Shown: positions 38,606 through 52,286 of the stretch, one piece after another | How the letters are laid out: every line of letters starts with the position of its first letter | How positions within the stretch are numbered: position 1 is the stretch's first letter | NCBI GenBank assembly: GCA_951406725.2 | Contig: OX597825.1 | Span: 12,958,001 to 13,022,000 of the forward strand | Origin: Octopus vulgaris | Lineage: Eukaryota | DNA: 64,000 nt | Direction of reading: 5' to 3' | Program-made: the position numbers and the translations under genes | The notes under the pieces: generated by a model | What the model was told of the DNA's origin: nothing | Database searches by the model: none | Seen by the model: only the letters and a program-made list of their open reading frames with translations

Positions 38606-38962
38606 TGAGTGTGTGTGTGTGTGAGTGAGTGTGTGTGAGTGAGTGTGTGTGTGTGTGTATGTGTGTGTGAGTAAGTGTGTGTGAGTGAGTGTGTGTGTGT
38701 GTGTGAGTGTGTGTGTGTGAGTGAGTGTGTGTGAGTGAGTGTGTGTGTGTGTGTGAGTGTGTGTGTGAGTGTGTGTGTGTGTATGTGTGTGTGAGTAAGT
38801 GTGTGAGTGAGTGTGTGTGTGTGTGTGTGTGTGAGTGTGTGTGTGTGTGTGAGTGAGTGTGTGTGTGTGAGTGAGTGTGTGTGAGTGAGTGTGTGTGTGT
38901 GTGAGTGTGTGTGTGTGAGTGAGTGTGTGTGTGTGTATGTGTGTGTCAGTAAGTGTGTGTGA

Positions 38963-39005
<43 letters not shown>

Positions 39006-39184
39006 TGTGTGTGTGTGTGTGTGAGTGAGTGTGTGTGTGTGTGTGTATGTGTGTGTGAGTAAGTGTGTGTGAGTGAGTGTGTGTGTGTGTGAGTGAGTGT
39101 GTGTGAGTGAGTGTGTGTGTGTATGTGTGTGTGAGTAAGTGTGTGTGAGTGTGTGTGTGTGTGTGAGTGTGTGTGTGTGTGTGA

Positions 39185-39233
<49 letters not shown>

Positions 39234-39238
39234 TGAGT

Positions 39239-39269
<31 letters not shown>

Positions 39270-39272
39270 AGT
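38363..39272. repeat. Compound (GT)n/GAGT microsatellite of about 0.9 kb with a higher-order unit
   Basis: The marker GTATGTGTGTGT(G/C)AGTAAGT recurs six times. Confidence 0.95.
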
Positions 39273-39334
39273 AAATGCGTGTGTAAGTGCACACTCATAC
39301 ACAACCACAATATGTATCCCACATATATCACACA

Positions 39335-39598
39335 TTTTGAATTAGTCTCAGCGCAATTATCACCAAGCTTTAGGCAAGGTTTCATGTAGATTCCCTGCTC
39401 AAATTTCTCGGTTAAGCAGCCACACGATATAGCACTGCTATAAACAACGGAAGTGACCGAGAACGTTATAACTTAGTGTGCCTGGGTGACAAAGTCCAAT
39501 GTCAATCTGTGTCAAGTGACTTCACCCTGCGCTCCATTACCATGGCAAAAGCTCCAATAGGTTTTCATCAGACCTCGTATACTTTTGATCAGACATCG
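39335..39598 (-). mobile_element. Mariner 5' fragment of the same family as 18328, with a doubled TIR end
   Basis: TTTCATCAGACCTCGTA is followed by TTTTGATCAGACATCGTA. The minus strand encodes EKFEQGIYMKPCLKLGDNCAET. Confidence 0.7.
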
Positions 39599-40299
39599 TA
39601 TGCGTAGGCTGCATTCCTTGACAAGAATAATCAACGTTCATACAACTGTCATCCACAGCTCACCATTCACTAATTCTGGGATACGAATTGACAGCACTGC
39701 TTGATAATTTTACTGAAACTTTGCCTGAATTATAGTGAAACTTCTAATGCAACTACGAATGAATACACGAACGTATATTATCGAATTTTTCATTAACTAG
39801 CATCTGCAGCCATATCTATCAATGGTCATAATCTCTACCATCTGACACCAAGTAGCAGATACTAAATACTTTGTACATCATGCAACGGTAAAGAGGTTTC
39901 TTTAGAATTCCTTGCTGCGTTGCCATTAAGAATAAGAGAATCAGACTGATCAGGAAATATTTATATATGTGACATTTTCAGTAATGCGGATTTAAACTAC
40001 AATTTTTTAATACAGATTTATGCACCACCCACAGAAACATATACATCTATGAGTATAAAGTATAAAGAAAACTATTTCTCTGATACAGGTGGAGGGGTTC
40101 TAGTGTCAGGTTTATTTTCATAGTTCATTAAAACTGTTTAAGCTTCGGTGTAATCGGAATCACGTTACCAAGATTATTATAAGGGGCTGAAATATCGTGA
40201 AATTTATATATCGCATCTTTATAATGAAAATTGTCGACGAAAGAAAACTAATATTTCATTGGAAAAATGATGTATGCACTATTATAACATTTTAAAACC

Positions 40300-40933
40300 T
40301 TTGCACAAGCCTGGCAGCTACGGGGAAGGTGGAATGTCGATTACATCGACTCCAGTGCTGAACTGGAATTTATTTTTGTCGACAGTGAAAGTATGAAAGG
40401 CAAGGGTGACGTCAGAGAAATTTCATCTCAGAAAGTAAAGACGGACGAAATATCTCTAAGTATTTTCTCCGGCGAGCTAACGATTTTTGACGAAAGGCCA
40501 GCAGTTTCGTGGGGAAGGAATAACTCAATTACATCGACCCCCCAGTATTCTACTAAGACTTAGTTTATCAATTCCCGAAAGAATGAAAGGCAGAATCGAC
40601 CTCAGTGGAATTTCGACTCAGAATGTAAAGACAGGCGGAGTAAAAACCGCTAAGCATTTAGTCCGGCGCTGTAACGGTTCTACCAACTTGCTGTCTTACG
40701 GACTGTTCTGTTAATAGAATTAAATATGTGTCGAATGCCAAGAGAGAGTTTTCCCGAAAGAATGAAAGGCAGAGTCGACCTCGGCAGAATTTAAACTTAG
40801 ACTTTAAAGACAGACGGAATAAATACCGCTAAGCATTTAGTCCGGCGCGGTAACAATTCTACTAATTTTCTGTCTTACGGACTGTTAAGTTAATAGAATT
40901 TAATACGTGTCGAATGCAAAGAGATAGTTTTCC
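40300..40933 (-). mobile_element. Three degenerate SINE B copies; the last two form a local tandem duplication of about 179 bp
   Basis: TTCCCGAAAGAATGAAAGGCAG at 40572 and 40751. The duplication includes non-SINE flank (..GTGTCGAATGC..). Confidence 0.75.
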
Positions 40934-41542
40934 TACAAATTCCATAGAATTATATATTCAATAATCAAATCCGCTGCCAACTCTCTGAATTCAGCTAAAA
41001 GATATTCACATTCACTTGATTACTTAACAAGGGTTGTAACAAGAAACCAAATTATTTATTGATTGTGTAAACGTTTACACCAGGCAAATTACACCATAGT
41101 CAACAGACGGAATATAATTATCAAAATATGCTACCGGTTTCAATCATTTTTACGAGATTTTTGTCATGCTGTAAGAGAAGGAGGCATGCATTGAAATGAT
41201 TAAATATTCCATGATATCAGTTCTAGTAGTTACCATGTATTTCTTGCAAGTTGACATGGAACTGGAAGGTTTTTTTTCTTCTTTATGATAATAGCAGTGG
41301 CGGAGTAATAGTAACTGTCTAAGCACTGTTAGACGGTTTTTGTTCTTTGCTGGTAATGTTAGTATTAAGTAGTGGCTATACACTCACAGACATACACACA
41401 AACATACATATACATACATTTCATTTGATACATTAGAAAACGACATACATTCATAATGAACTTCTAGATAGTTTTTTCTCAAAAAAGTCATGATGTTGAC
41501 ATCTAGAAGGCATTCTGTCATATGTTCATATAATTATGAATA

Positions 41543-41790
<248 letters not shown>

Positions 41791-42456
41791 CCGCTGCTTC
41801 TGCTGCTAACTGTTTCCTTTTTTGGGGGGGGGGTCTTGTTTCAAACTCAACTTTTGCTTTCTCGATTGTTTTTTTCTTTTGTCTCTTACTTGTATCACTC
41901 ATTAGACTGCAGCCATTCTGGAGCACAACCTTGATTGGTTTCATCGAACAAACCGACCTCGATGTTTATTGATTTTTTTTTAAAGTCAGGTATTTATTTT
42001 ATCGATCTCCCATAAAGAACTGCTAAGCTACTCGAACACAAACAAATACTGGTTGTCAAGCGAGAGATTACAAACAAAAAAAAAACAAAGACGCACAAAG
42101 CCCATACGCACACAAATACACGCACACACTCACTCATGCTCACGCACACACACACACACTAATATCATACTTTTTCTCGCTGGATTAAGCGTTCGTTTCT
42201 CATTTGGTCTCAATTTTATTTTTGGATCTTCTATATATATGAAGAATTTTCCTCCGTCTGGCTAAATTTCTCTCTACAATACGGAACAGTTTTGCATTAT
42301 GGAACTGCCATTTTAACGAGATTTTGTATATATTTATCACCCTACGAGATACGTCTGCACTACCAGATGCCACAAGAGGAATCGATGCTAGATGTGTCGA
42401 AACAATTGTTGTGGTTGATAATATATTCTCGTATATTCCATCTTCTGTCTGTCATT

Positions 42457-42502
<46 letters not shown>

Positions 42503-42504
<2 letters not shown>

Positions 42505-43085
42505 CAATAATAAATCTCTGAACGAGATATAAACAGTAACCGCTCGACAACGTAAGGGTATTAGCCATCTGAATGTGGCTAGCCACTGGGGCGGGTGTTA
42601 CTGATGCTTTTAGCCCCAGGCGATCAACGTCACCAGAAGGACTTTAGACACTATCTCAGTGCCCTTGTGTTATTTGCAAAGGGAGGCTATCCTCCCTCGA
42701 AGACCCGAGTACTACATACGGACTATAGTTTCAAGGTAATTGCCTCTCGTCAACGCATGATAAGCACCGGTCTTCGATGAAGGAGTCCCCTTTCAAATAA
42801 TATATAACGTTTTTCACAGTAACCACTGTCACTGATGTAGAAAAACTGTCTGAAAACAATAATAAATCTCTGAACGAGATATAAAACAGTAACCGCTCGA
42901 CAACGTAAGGGGTATTAGCCATCTGAATGTGGCTAGCCACTGGGGCGGGTGTTACTGATGCTTTTAGCCCCAGGCGATCAACGTCACCAGAAGGAGTTTA
43001 GACACTATCTCAGTGCCCTTGTGTTATTTGCAAAGGGAGGTCATCCTCCCTCGAAGACCCGAGTACTACATACGGACTATAGTTT
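42503..43085 (-). mobile_element. Tandem (about 1.65 copies) 352-354-nt non-coding unit with a type I hammerhead: retrozyme-like or solo PLE pseudo-LTR tandem
   Basis: Near-identical direct repeat at 42503-42731 and 42855-43085. Complete HHR at 42715-42759 and a partial one at 43069-43085. Abuts (TA)n. Confidence 0.82.
42715..42759 (-). ncRNA. Type I hammerhead ribozyme motif
   Basis: CAUGCG-UUGACGA-GAGG-CAAUUA-CCUU-GAAA-CUAUAG-UC|CGUAUG. 6-bp stem I, 4-bp stem II, palindrome ACUAUAGU and a GUC triplet. The G.U pairs form only on the minus strand. Confidence 0.8.
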
Positions 43086-43227
43086 TTACTATAACCCCCC
43101 CCCCCAGTGGCTAGCCACATTCAGATGGCTAATACCCCTTACGTTATATATATATATATATATATATACATACATATATACATACATATATACATACATA
43201 AATATATATATATATATACATATATAC

Positions 43228-43308
<81 letters not shown>

Positions 43309-43965
43309 AGACGCCTTGAATTCATCCCCGAGGCTTTAGCCACCTCGGGGTTATAGTAAAAAAATTTGCTTGCCTACTGGGACTGAACCATAAACCACGT
43401 AGATAGAAAATGAGTTTCTAAACTACACAGGCATTCTTGAGTCTATACGAGCTTTTAAATACTTGCACATTTCTTAGCAGAACAAGAAATTAGAAACAGT
43501 ATAAATGATATTTCCCATAAACTCGAATTGTTTATTTCTTGTTCAGCTATTTATATTATTTTATGCAGCTATGCTTGAAAAACAAAAGAAAAAAAATCCC
43601 TTTGAAGACGATTCTAGGCGACATAATTACCTGTTGATTGAATCTTGGCAGACAATACGAAAATGTTTTGCGAAAACGTCACCAAGTATCTGGGAAATAA
43701 ATTCTAGACGTTGGCAATAATAAGAACAGAAATATTGGCAAATGTCCTGGGGATGCCAGACGAGGATGTCACTAAGGTAATTATATATAAATATGCATGT
43801 CAGAATGTGTACGTATATTTGCATGTATGTATATGTATGTATGTATGTATTCATATATATATATATGTATATAAATTTATATACATATATATATATATAA
43901 ATCTATCTATATATATATAAATTTATATATATATATATATACACATATATATATATACATATATA

Positions 43966-44003
<38 letters not shown>

Positions 44004-44017
44004 TATACATACATATA

Positions 44018-44068
<51 letters not shown>

Positions 44069-44402
44069 GCATACATATATGTATGTATATGTGCTTATTT
44101 ATTCATACTTAAATGCACAGTTGCATGCAAGACGGGATGGTGTTAGAAAAGCTTTAATTACACTGAATAATTCATATTAAGTAATTTGTGAAGGAGGCTA
44201 CATATAAATGTATACAACAGCGTCAGAAACTTATACATACATTGATGAGAGGCAGTCAGGTGCGTGGTTAGGTTTGTAAGACAAAACAAATAGAATTTTC
44301 ATAGTTTATATTCTATAACATCAAGGACCTTTCACATGGCAGAAGGAACTGGACAGAAGAGAGAGTGAGAGAGAGAGATAGAGAGAGAGGGAGAGAGAGA
44401 GA

Positions 44403-44498
44403 TAATTATATAAAAGCGTAGGCAATCATACATGCATATATATATATATGTATGTATATATATATATATCTATATCTATATATCTATATATCTATATA

Positions 44499-44544
<46 letters not shown>

Positions 44545-44574
44545 TGTATGATTGCCTACGCTTTAATATAATTA
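44403..44574. repeat. Fold-back inverted repeat centred on a (TA)n tract
   Basis: TAATTATATAAAAGCGTAGGCAATCATACATGCA ... TGCATGTATGATTGCCTACGCTTTAATATAATTA (1 mismatch), extended outward by (GA)n/(TC)n. Confidence 0.9.
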
Positions 44575-44600
44575 CTTCTCTCTCTCTCTATATATATATG

Positions 44601-44634
<34 letters not shown>

Positions 44635-44654
44635 CACACACAAACACACACACT

Positions 44655-44703
<49 letters not shown>

Positions 44704-44749
44704 AATTGTGTTAAAATCCTCGTTCGACTCCATTCTTTTATTCATTTTA

Positions 44750-44797
<48 letters not shown>

Positions 44798-44935
44798 TGT
44801 ATTTATTTACATATACACACACACATGTATATGTATGTATGTTTGTATGTTTACTTTGCAGGCGTTTGTGTATGTGTTTAAAACTCCATGCCACCGTGTG
44901 CGTATGAATTCCTTTAATTAGTATAATATACATAC

Positions 44936-44968
<33 letters not shown>

Positions 44969-45464
44969 CATTTCGAAATACAATTCTTATGTTTTCTTAA
45001 CTGTTAAGTATTTCATACCTTTTAGTTTCAGGGTCTCCAACCTTACTCTTCATTTCGTCTACAGTTGACATATAATTATATAATTTGAATAATTTTATTT
45101 CTTTTGTTTTCATTTTATATTATTTTTTACTTAGAAGTCTGCAGATCCATTTTCCTAAGTACAAATGATTTTTTTCATTTGGTTTCGTATTTCGTTTGTT
45201 ATTTATGTTCGTTTCCTACTAATGTTGGCATTGACGCTTCTATATTTCAATTTACGAGCTATGAGTAAAACAACACTCAACTTTTAAAAGCTTCGTTCCG
45301 CCAACCCAGCTCAGAGTTTTCGAGACAGCAATGTTATGGCTTTAATCTTCAATATAAGGGTTTCGAATTCTAGCTTCAAGTGCCTGTATAAAATTCTGCT
45401 TCAAATTAGGAAAATATTTGTACAGAAACTATTGCAGTGTTGCAATATATCTAGTTTTTGAAAG

Positions 45465-45645
45465 AGGGCAGTCCACTAATTATTTTATCGACCTAAGTGC
45501 TCAACTGGTACTTATTTCTGTCGACCCCGGAAGGGAAGAAAAACAAAGTCAACTTCAGCGGAATTTGAACTCGAGGAATATAGACGGACGAAATGTCATT
45601 AAGCACTTTGTCTGATGTGGTAACGATTCTGCCAGATCATCGCTT
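45465..45645 (-). mobile_element. SINE family B, diverged
   Basis: AACTGGTACTTATTT..GGAATTTGAACTC..TAACGATTCTGCCAG. Confidence 0.75.
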
Positions 45646-45658
45646 TAAGCTTACATAT

Positions 45659-46042
45659 TGGAAGCACTCCGTCGGTTACGACGACGAGGGTTCTGGTTGA
45701 TACGAATCAACGGAACAGCCTGCTCGTGAAATTAACGTGTAAGTGGCTGAGCACTCCACAGCCACGTGTACCCTTAACGTAGTTCTCAGGGATATTCAGC
45801 GTGACACAGAGAGTGACAAGGCCGGCCCTTTGAAATACAGGTACAACAGAAACAGGAAGTAAGAGTGAGAAAGTCGTGGTGAAAGAGTACAGCAGGGATC
45901 ACCACCATCCCCTGCCGGAGCCTCGTGGAGCTTTTAGGTGTTTTCGCTCAATAAACACTCACAACGCCCGGTCTGGGAATCAAAACCGCGATCCTATGAC
46001 CGCGAGTCCGCTGCCTTAACCACTGGGCCATTGCGCCTCTAC
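45659..46042 (-). mobile_element. tRNA(Arg-like)-derived SINE family D, full length with TSD
   Basis: Head GGCGCAATGGCCCAGTGGTTAAGGCAGCGGACTCGCGG..GGTTTTGATTCCC. 13-bp TSD TAAGCTTACATAT at 45646-45658 and 46043-46055. Confidence 0.9.
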
Positions 46043-46416
46043 TAAGCTTACATATATAATATTGGTTTCAAATTTTCGACAATTTTGATGGTTTCAAATG
46101 CCTAAACAGTTCATAGATTTCTTTTGATTTTTCAAACGTTGAAATAGAAAAATATCGCAAATACCTAGGTACATTGTCAGGTTCTGAGGAATTTTGGGGT
46201 CGGTACTATGAGCGATTACAGCCCCTGTGAGCATATATGTATACATTTATGTGCTTTTCCTAGAGCATTAGAACATTTTAGCGCTTATTTCTAGCAATGT
46301 AGATGTCTTCCGACCTTTAGTCGCCTTCAGTGACATATTTCGTCATGTCCACATCCAAATGACTGAAACAAGTAAAAGAATAAAAGAATATATACATATA
46401 TATACATATATATCCA

Positions 46417-46725
46417 TGGCTGTGTGGTAAGTAGCTTGCTTACCAACCACATGGTTCCGGGTTCAGTCCCACAGCGTGGCTCCTTGGCCAAGTGTCTTCT
46501 ACTATAGCCTCAGGCCAGCCAAAGCCTTGTGTTTGTCACCGCAACATCGCTTGGCAACCGGTGCTTGAGCGTTTACGTCCCCGTAACTTAGCGGTTCGGC
46601 AAAAGTGACCGATAGAATAACTACTAGGCTCACAAAGACTAAGTCCTGCGGTCGATTTGCTCCACTACATGCGGTGCTCAAGCATGACCGCAGTCAAATG
46701 ACTGAAACAATTAAAAGAATAAAGA
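46417..46725 (+). mobile_element. SINE family A with a central deletion
   Basis: Head and tail are present. The segment carrying the internal microsatellite is deleted at GCCTTGTG|TTTGTC. Confidence 0.85.
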
Positions 46726-46762
<37 letters not shown>

Positions 46763-47692
46763 CATACATACAACATATATATGTACATATTATTTATACA
46801 TATGTACATATATATATAAATATGTGTGTGCGGCAACGTACATTTATACAAGTCTGCGTATATCTATGCCTTTTATAAGCACACACACACATGTATACAA
46901 ACTGACATACATACATATGCACGGGCGCCCCCACTCAAGTACATACACACACACATGTATAAATTATATATACACGCATATATATACATACGTGGGTGTG
47001 CCTGAAGATTTCTATATTTCTGTAAAAGAAAATACAAAACGATCTGGAAAAATTGTTTATATTCCAAATATTTCCCTCTCAGATTTACATATTTATTGTA
47101 GCCGTCCTAAAGTTTTTCAAAGCCCTGTAAAATCAATCGAGTGTTTGGGCCTCCAGCGAGGCCTTTCGCGATGCTCATAAAGCCAGGAACTTTTCAGCAC
47201 CCTCTCGAAATTGTTTCACCGAAATCTTTGTGTGAGTGTGTGTTGTGAGGAGGCGGTTGTGTGCGCGCGTTCGCTCGTGTGTATTGCGCCTGTTTATATA
47301 TTTGCGCATGTGCGTGTTACGCTTGCGAATATATGTACGATGGTGTGCGCGTTGCCATTGTATAAATGCCAGTGCTTTTATTTACGCGTATGTGTATGTG
47401 CGTAATCACTGTAAGCGCCGTTTCACAGCTTCGGTATGAGAAGTAGAATGCACCATAAGCTGCTGTGTTTATATACAAGGCCTCTTCAGAAATTAGGACA
47501 AATAACCATTGTCCTTCTCACTAAACAGAGCTTGATTGTTTAATCGTTAATCTCAACCTCAACAACATTATCAATCATCGTGGGATCGCTGTGTTTATAG
47601 TGAAGTTAGTCACAGGCATATGAACGCACATTTTTATATGTGTGAATCCAGATGTCTATATATAGGTGTATATGTGTGTCTGTGTGTGTGTG

Positions 47693-47734
<42 letters not shown>

Positions 47735-47843
47735 TGTGTGCATTGGTAGTTAGATATATACATAAACATTCAGACACATATATGTATGTATATCTACATA
47801 ATAACATATATACACTTAAAAATATATAGACAGGAAGACATAC

Positions 47844-47931
<88 letters not shown>

Positions 47932-48649
47932 GGATGGATGGATGGATGGATGGGTGGAGAGAGGGATTGATGGAGAGATGGATGAATGGATGGATGGATA
48001 GATAAATATACAGATAGATAGATGAACTATTTACCATATCCACGTTCTGTTCACGATGTTATATTAGAGGACGTTCAATGCTAAAATCTATAGAGATATA
48101 ATACAGTCGATATAATATTCAAGCATACCACATCCCAAGCAATATCACTGTATCAACTGCACTCTCGATGATTATTATAATAGACCTAAAATATAAAGGC
48201 TTGCAACAACAAGAGGTCTTCGTATACAAGTTTTTATGAACAGTAAAATGAGTAATACATTGATGGTTAAATCCTAAATGAATGTAGCTCAAAATATATA
48301 GATTTATATATAAATTACTAGTGTTAAATATGGATTCATAGAATCGCGTGTCTATCAAAAGAAGCTCCTCAAGTGGACCCGGCTACCTGGCCACAGAGTG
48401 ATTCTCTGTCATGTATATATGTGTGTATATATATATATGTGTGTGTGTGTGAGTGTGTGTGTGTGAATGTGTGTGTGTGTGTATGTGTGTGTGTGTATGT
48501 ATGATATTTTCAGCATAGAAGACAATTAGTAGCGCTCAAAAGATACAAACTTAGACTCCGATGTCTTTACAGGAGATCAGTTCCATGGAGTAGAGAATTG
48601 GTGAATCAAGTTGAACTGCATCTACTAACATCGTGATACATCTTTGAAC

Positions 48650-48942
48650 TCCCAGAAATAGCTGTTGGACTTATAGGATTGCTGGAAAACCATCAGGACT
48701 AGCAGTTGAGTTTGCGTCTACCCCAACTATGGCTAGTTGTATATCTTCTTAGCTATTGTCGATGTAATCCGTCGTAACTGCCTCGCTGGTTATAGGTGAT
48801 GCTGCTAAGTAACCCACTGGTTCGTTCACTTATCTGTGTTCCAGCGGGTGGTAAAGACACTTGAGAACTGGTCATTCAGTACCTCACTGATCCTGGTTAG
48901 ACTGTCTGTGAGAGAGCCATCCTTTTGGAAGAGAGGTCCTAT
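48650..48942 (-). pseudogene. CR1-group LINE ORF2 fragment (linker and RT N-terminus)
   Basis: Minus strand encodes IGPLFQKDGSLTDSLTRISEVLNDQFSSVFT ... EDIQLAIVGVDANSTASPDGFPAIL (LNxxFxSVFT and SxxGPDG motifs). Confidence 0.8.
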
Positions 48943-49074
48943 TTTGTAGCGTACTGAGGGTTTGACTTAATGTTTTTAATAACCCATGCTTCTTTAAAAC
49001 AAATAATATAGGTAATACCATTTTCTTTCGTTTCTCCAATCACTCGTACGCATACGTAGATGCATACACATTTA

Positions 49075-49128
<54 letters not shown>

Positions 49129-49721
49129 TGAGTATGTGTGTGTGTGTATATATATATATATATAAACATGCATGTAATGTATATAAGTGGGCACATATAT
49201 ATATTTATACATACATCCACTTAACATTAAACGCACAGATCACGAGTTGTTGATAAACATTTATTCCAAATACTTGAGATTGAAACTTTTGGAGACGTGA
49301 GCTCCTTTACATTTTGGAATGACTGAAGTGGTATAGCTGGAACATGTGACCGAAACTTCCGTATAGTATCTATTTTTTACCACATTTTCACAAATAGTTT
49401 TATACAGATTTAGCAAAAAAAAAAACGATTTCACGTCATTAAAATGTTTATGGAAACGATTCGCATCATTCCCCAATACAAAATCACATACATAGGTGCA
49501 TACATGCATGCACTCAGAGACGCACACACACACATACACACACAAACATACATACACACACATACATACATACATTCATATATATATATATAGATACATT
49601 CATGCGTACATTCATACACACACCCACACATACATTCACATACTTTTATATACACACGCACGCAAACATATAAAAATGATTTATATATGCAAATATACAT
49701 ATACATACATTTACATATAAA

Positions 49722-49767
<46 letters not shown>

Positions 49768-49769
<2 letters not shown>

Positions 49770-49895
49770 GCAATCTGACGAATCCACTAGAGTGGATGCA
49801 AGCGCTAATATATGATTTATAAAAACATGTGACATATTAATAATATTCTGTAGATATAAAACCATCCAGATTTCTGAGTACCTTATTTCTTCTAA
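49768..49895 (+). mobile_element. Penelope-like terminal fragment with a degenerate HHR
   Basis: CUGACGA-AUCCAC-UAGA-GUGGAU-GCAA-GCGC-UA at 49775-49807 (GAAA changed to GCAA, palindrome AGCGCU). Lies between TA tracts. Confidence 0.6.
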
Positions 49896-49985
49896 TATAT
49901 TTATACATATATATATTCATATACATATATAAATTTATATATACATAAATTCATTTATAATATAAACTTATACATATATATGTAG

Positions 49986-50067
<82 letters not shown>

Positions 50068-50264
50068 TTTCATGAATTTATATAAAGATAGTTACAATTC
50101 TAGACATTTATGAACATATATATATATATATGTATATACAAAGCTATATATATGCATATATATATTTGTGTGTGTATACATGTATATATATATATATATG
50201 TGTGTATATATATACATATATATATATTGATATATATGTATATGTATATATATATATTATAATA

Positions 50265-50308
<44 letters not shown>

Positions 50309-50510
50309 ATAATATTTATACAGACGCACTCACATTCTAAGGTTTTAGCTTATCAACCACTTAGAAACATTCATTGTTTCTTATCCCACTTTCGTTTTAT
50401 ATTTTTCAGCAACATTGTTCATTTGTGTTTTTCTTAAATCTTTCCCATGGCTTTCTGTGAATTTCCATTTACTCCGACTCTTCCCATACCCGAAAGTATT
50501 TCGGACCCGT

Positions 50511-50550
<40 letters not shown>

Positions 50551-50952
50551 TCGCACGTATGTGTGTAAGAAATAGAGAGAGTCACTGGAATTTGTTCTGC
50601 TTTTGCTGATACAGTCTTTTGTTGTTGTTTTTGATGTTTTTTGTGCTTCTTTTATTTGTTGTTGGCAGTTCATCAGAATACGTCAAAAATTTCGCATATC
50701 TCCATAAATCATAGGAAATACATCAAGTTGCTTTGTGATAACTAGTTATGAACAAACCGAGACACACAAACACACACACACACTTATATATATAGACACA
50801 CTTTCTCGTAATTTCATATATATGAATATAATACTAGTTCTATTAAAACAATGTATATATACGTATATATATTTTTTGTGTGTGCATGTGTATATATATA
50901 ATCATGTGTGCGTGTATGTTTGTGTAAGTGCATATATATGTATATATATCTA

Positions 50953-50985
<33 letters not shown>

Positions 50986-51252
50986 GTGTGTAGATATAAA
51001 TATATATATATATATATTCACTGCCTGCCTTGTTAACCCACATAACTTTTACAAAACTTAGTGTGTGTGTGTGTATGTGTGTATGTGTGCGTGTATATTT
51101 ATATATATATATATATGAGAATTTGCTTTCAGGTTTTACAATGCTCGTGAATCTTTAAATTTTGTAATAGATTAAGTCAATTTTGTTCCGAAAAAAATAT
51201 AAAATATAAATAAATATGGGCACTTTATATATACAAATATATATATACATAC

Positions 51253-51339
<87 letters not shown>

Positions 51340-51443
51340 TAAAACTTGACTTAAACAGAATTCAAATAATCCTGTCAGGTGGTGCTATTAAGTTAGACAT
51401 GGCCTGGACCAATCTTTGGGCGAAACATATCTAAGTTTATCTA

Positions 51444-51500
<57 letters not shown>

Positions 51501-52251
51501 TATATATACATACATACACATATATACATACATAAATAAACATGTGCATATATGTATGCACGTATAAAATTGTAATTGTATTCGGGTATAAAAATTGTTG
51601 CGTGATGTGTTAAGCACTTCCATGTTTATTGGCTATCTGATGTCATGGTCAGCAATGAGGCATGTTCTCCTGGATTTACTTCGGGAATTCCTTGTGCCTA
51701 TGGAAAAATCACAGAAAATAGATTTCACGATATTATTTATTGAAACCAACAATCAAACGTTTCGGTCTATTATGATATACGCTAGAAATTCCCATAAGTA
51801 ACTGAAAAAAAGACAGACTCCTCTTCAAAGGGTAGTTCAATGAAACCAACTGATAAACTTTTACATAACAAAACATATAAATTATGAAACACATGATATA
51901 AAAAAGACTTTAAAATTTGTAGGTTTTCGTTCTTCTGGAAAGGTACATATAAAACAAATCACCTCAGGAGATGAAGTTTGTGCCTGTGATGCAAGACAGT
52001 TTGAAGGTACAGAATCTCACATGATTAGTCGAAACATTTGTATTGGATTGGAATACAAAATCGAGCGAAGTCCGTTTTCTGTATTTGACCTCTCCCTCTC
52101 TCTTTCTCTCCCTCCTCTTCTCTCTCACTTTCTCTCCCTCCCCCTCTATATATATATATGTCTGTGTGTGATTTTGTGTGCGTTTGTGTGTGTATGTGAG
52201 TGTGTGTGCTTGTGCTTGTGTGTAAACATATACACATATAGGTCACATATA

Positions 52252-52286
<35 letters not shown>

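Noticed and set aside
42575-42630. SECIS-like (minus strand TGA-N12-AAA over a CTGGGGC/GCCCCAG stem) or pistol-ribozyme-like reading
   Set aside because: The 3' GA of the SECIS quartet is missing and the stem is not preserved in the 21578 homolog. The pistol P1-loop pseudoknot geometry does not fit.
42595-43356. Duplicated [18 protein letters not shown]... as a small protein gene
   Set aside because: It uses a GTG start inside a tandem repeat, lies antisense to the ribozyme-bearing strand, and the second copy runs into microsatellite.
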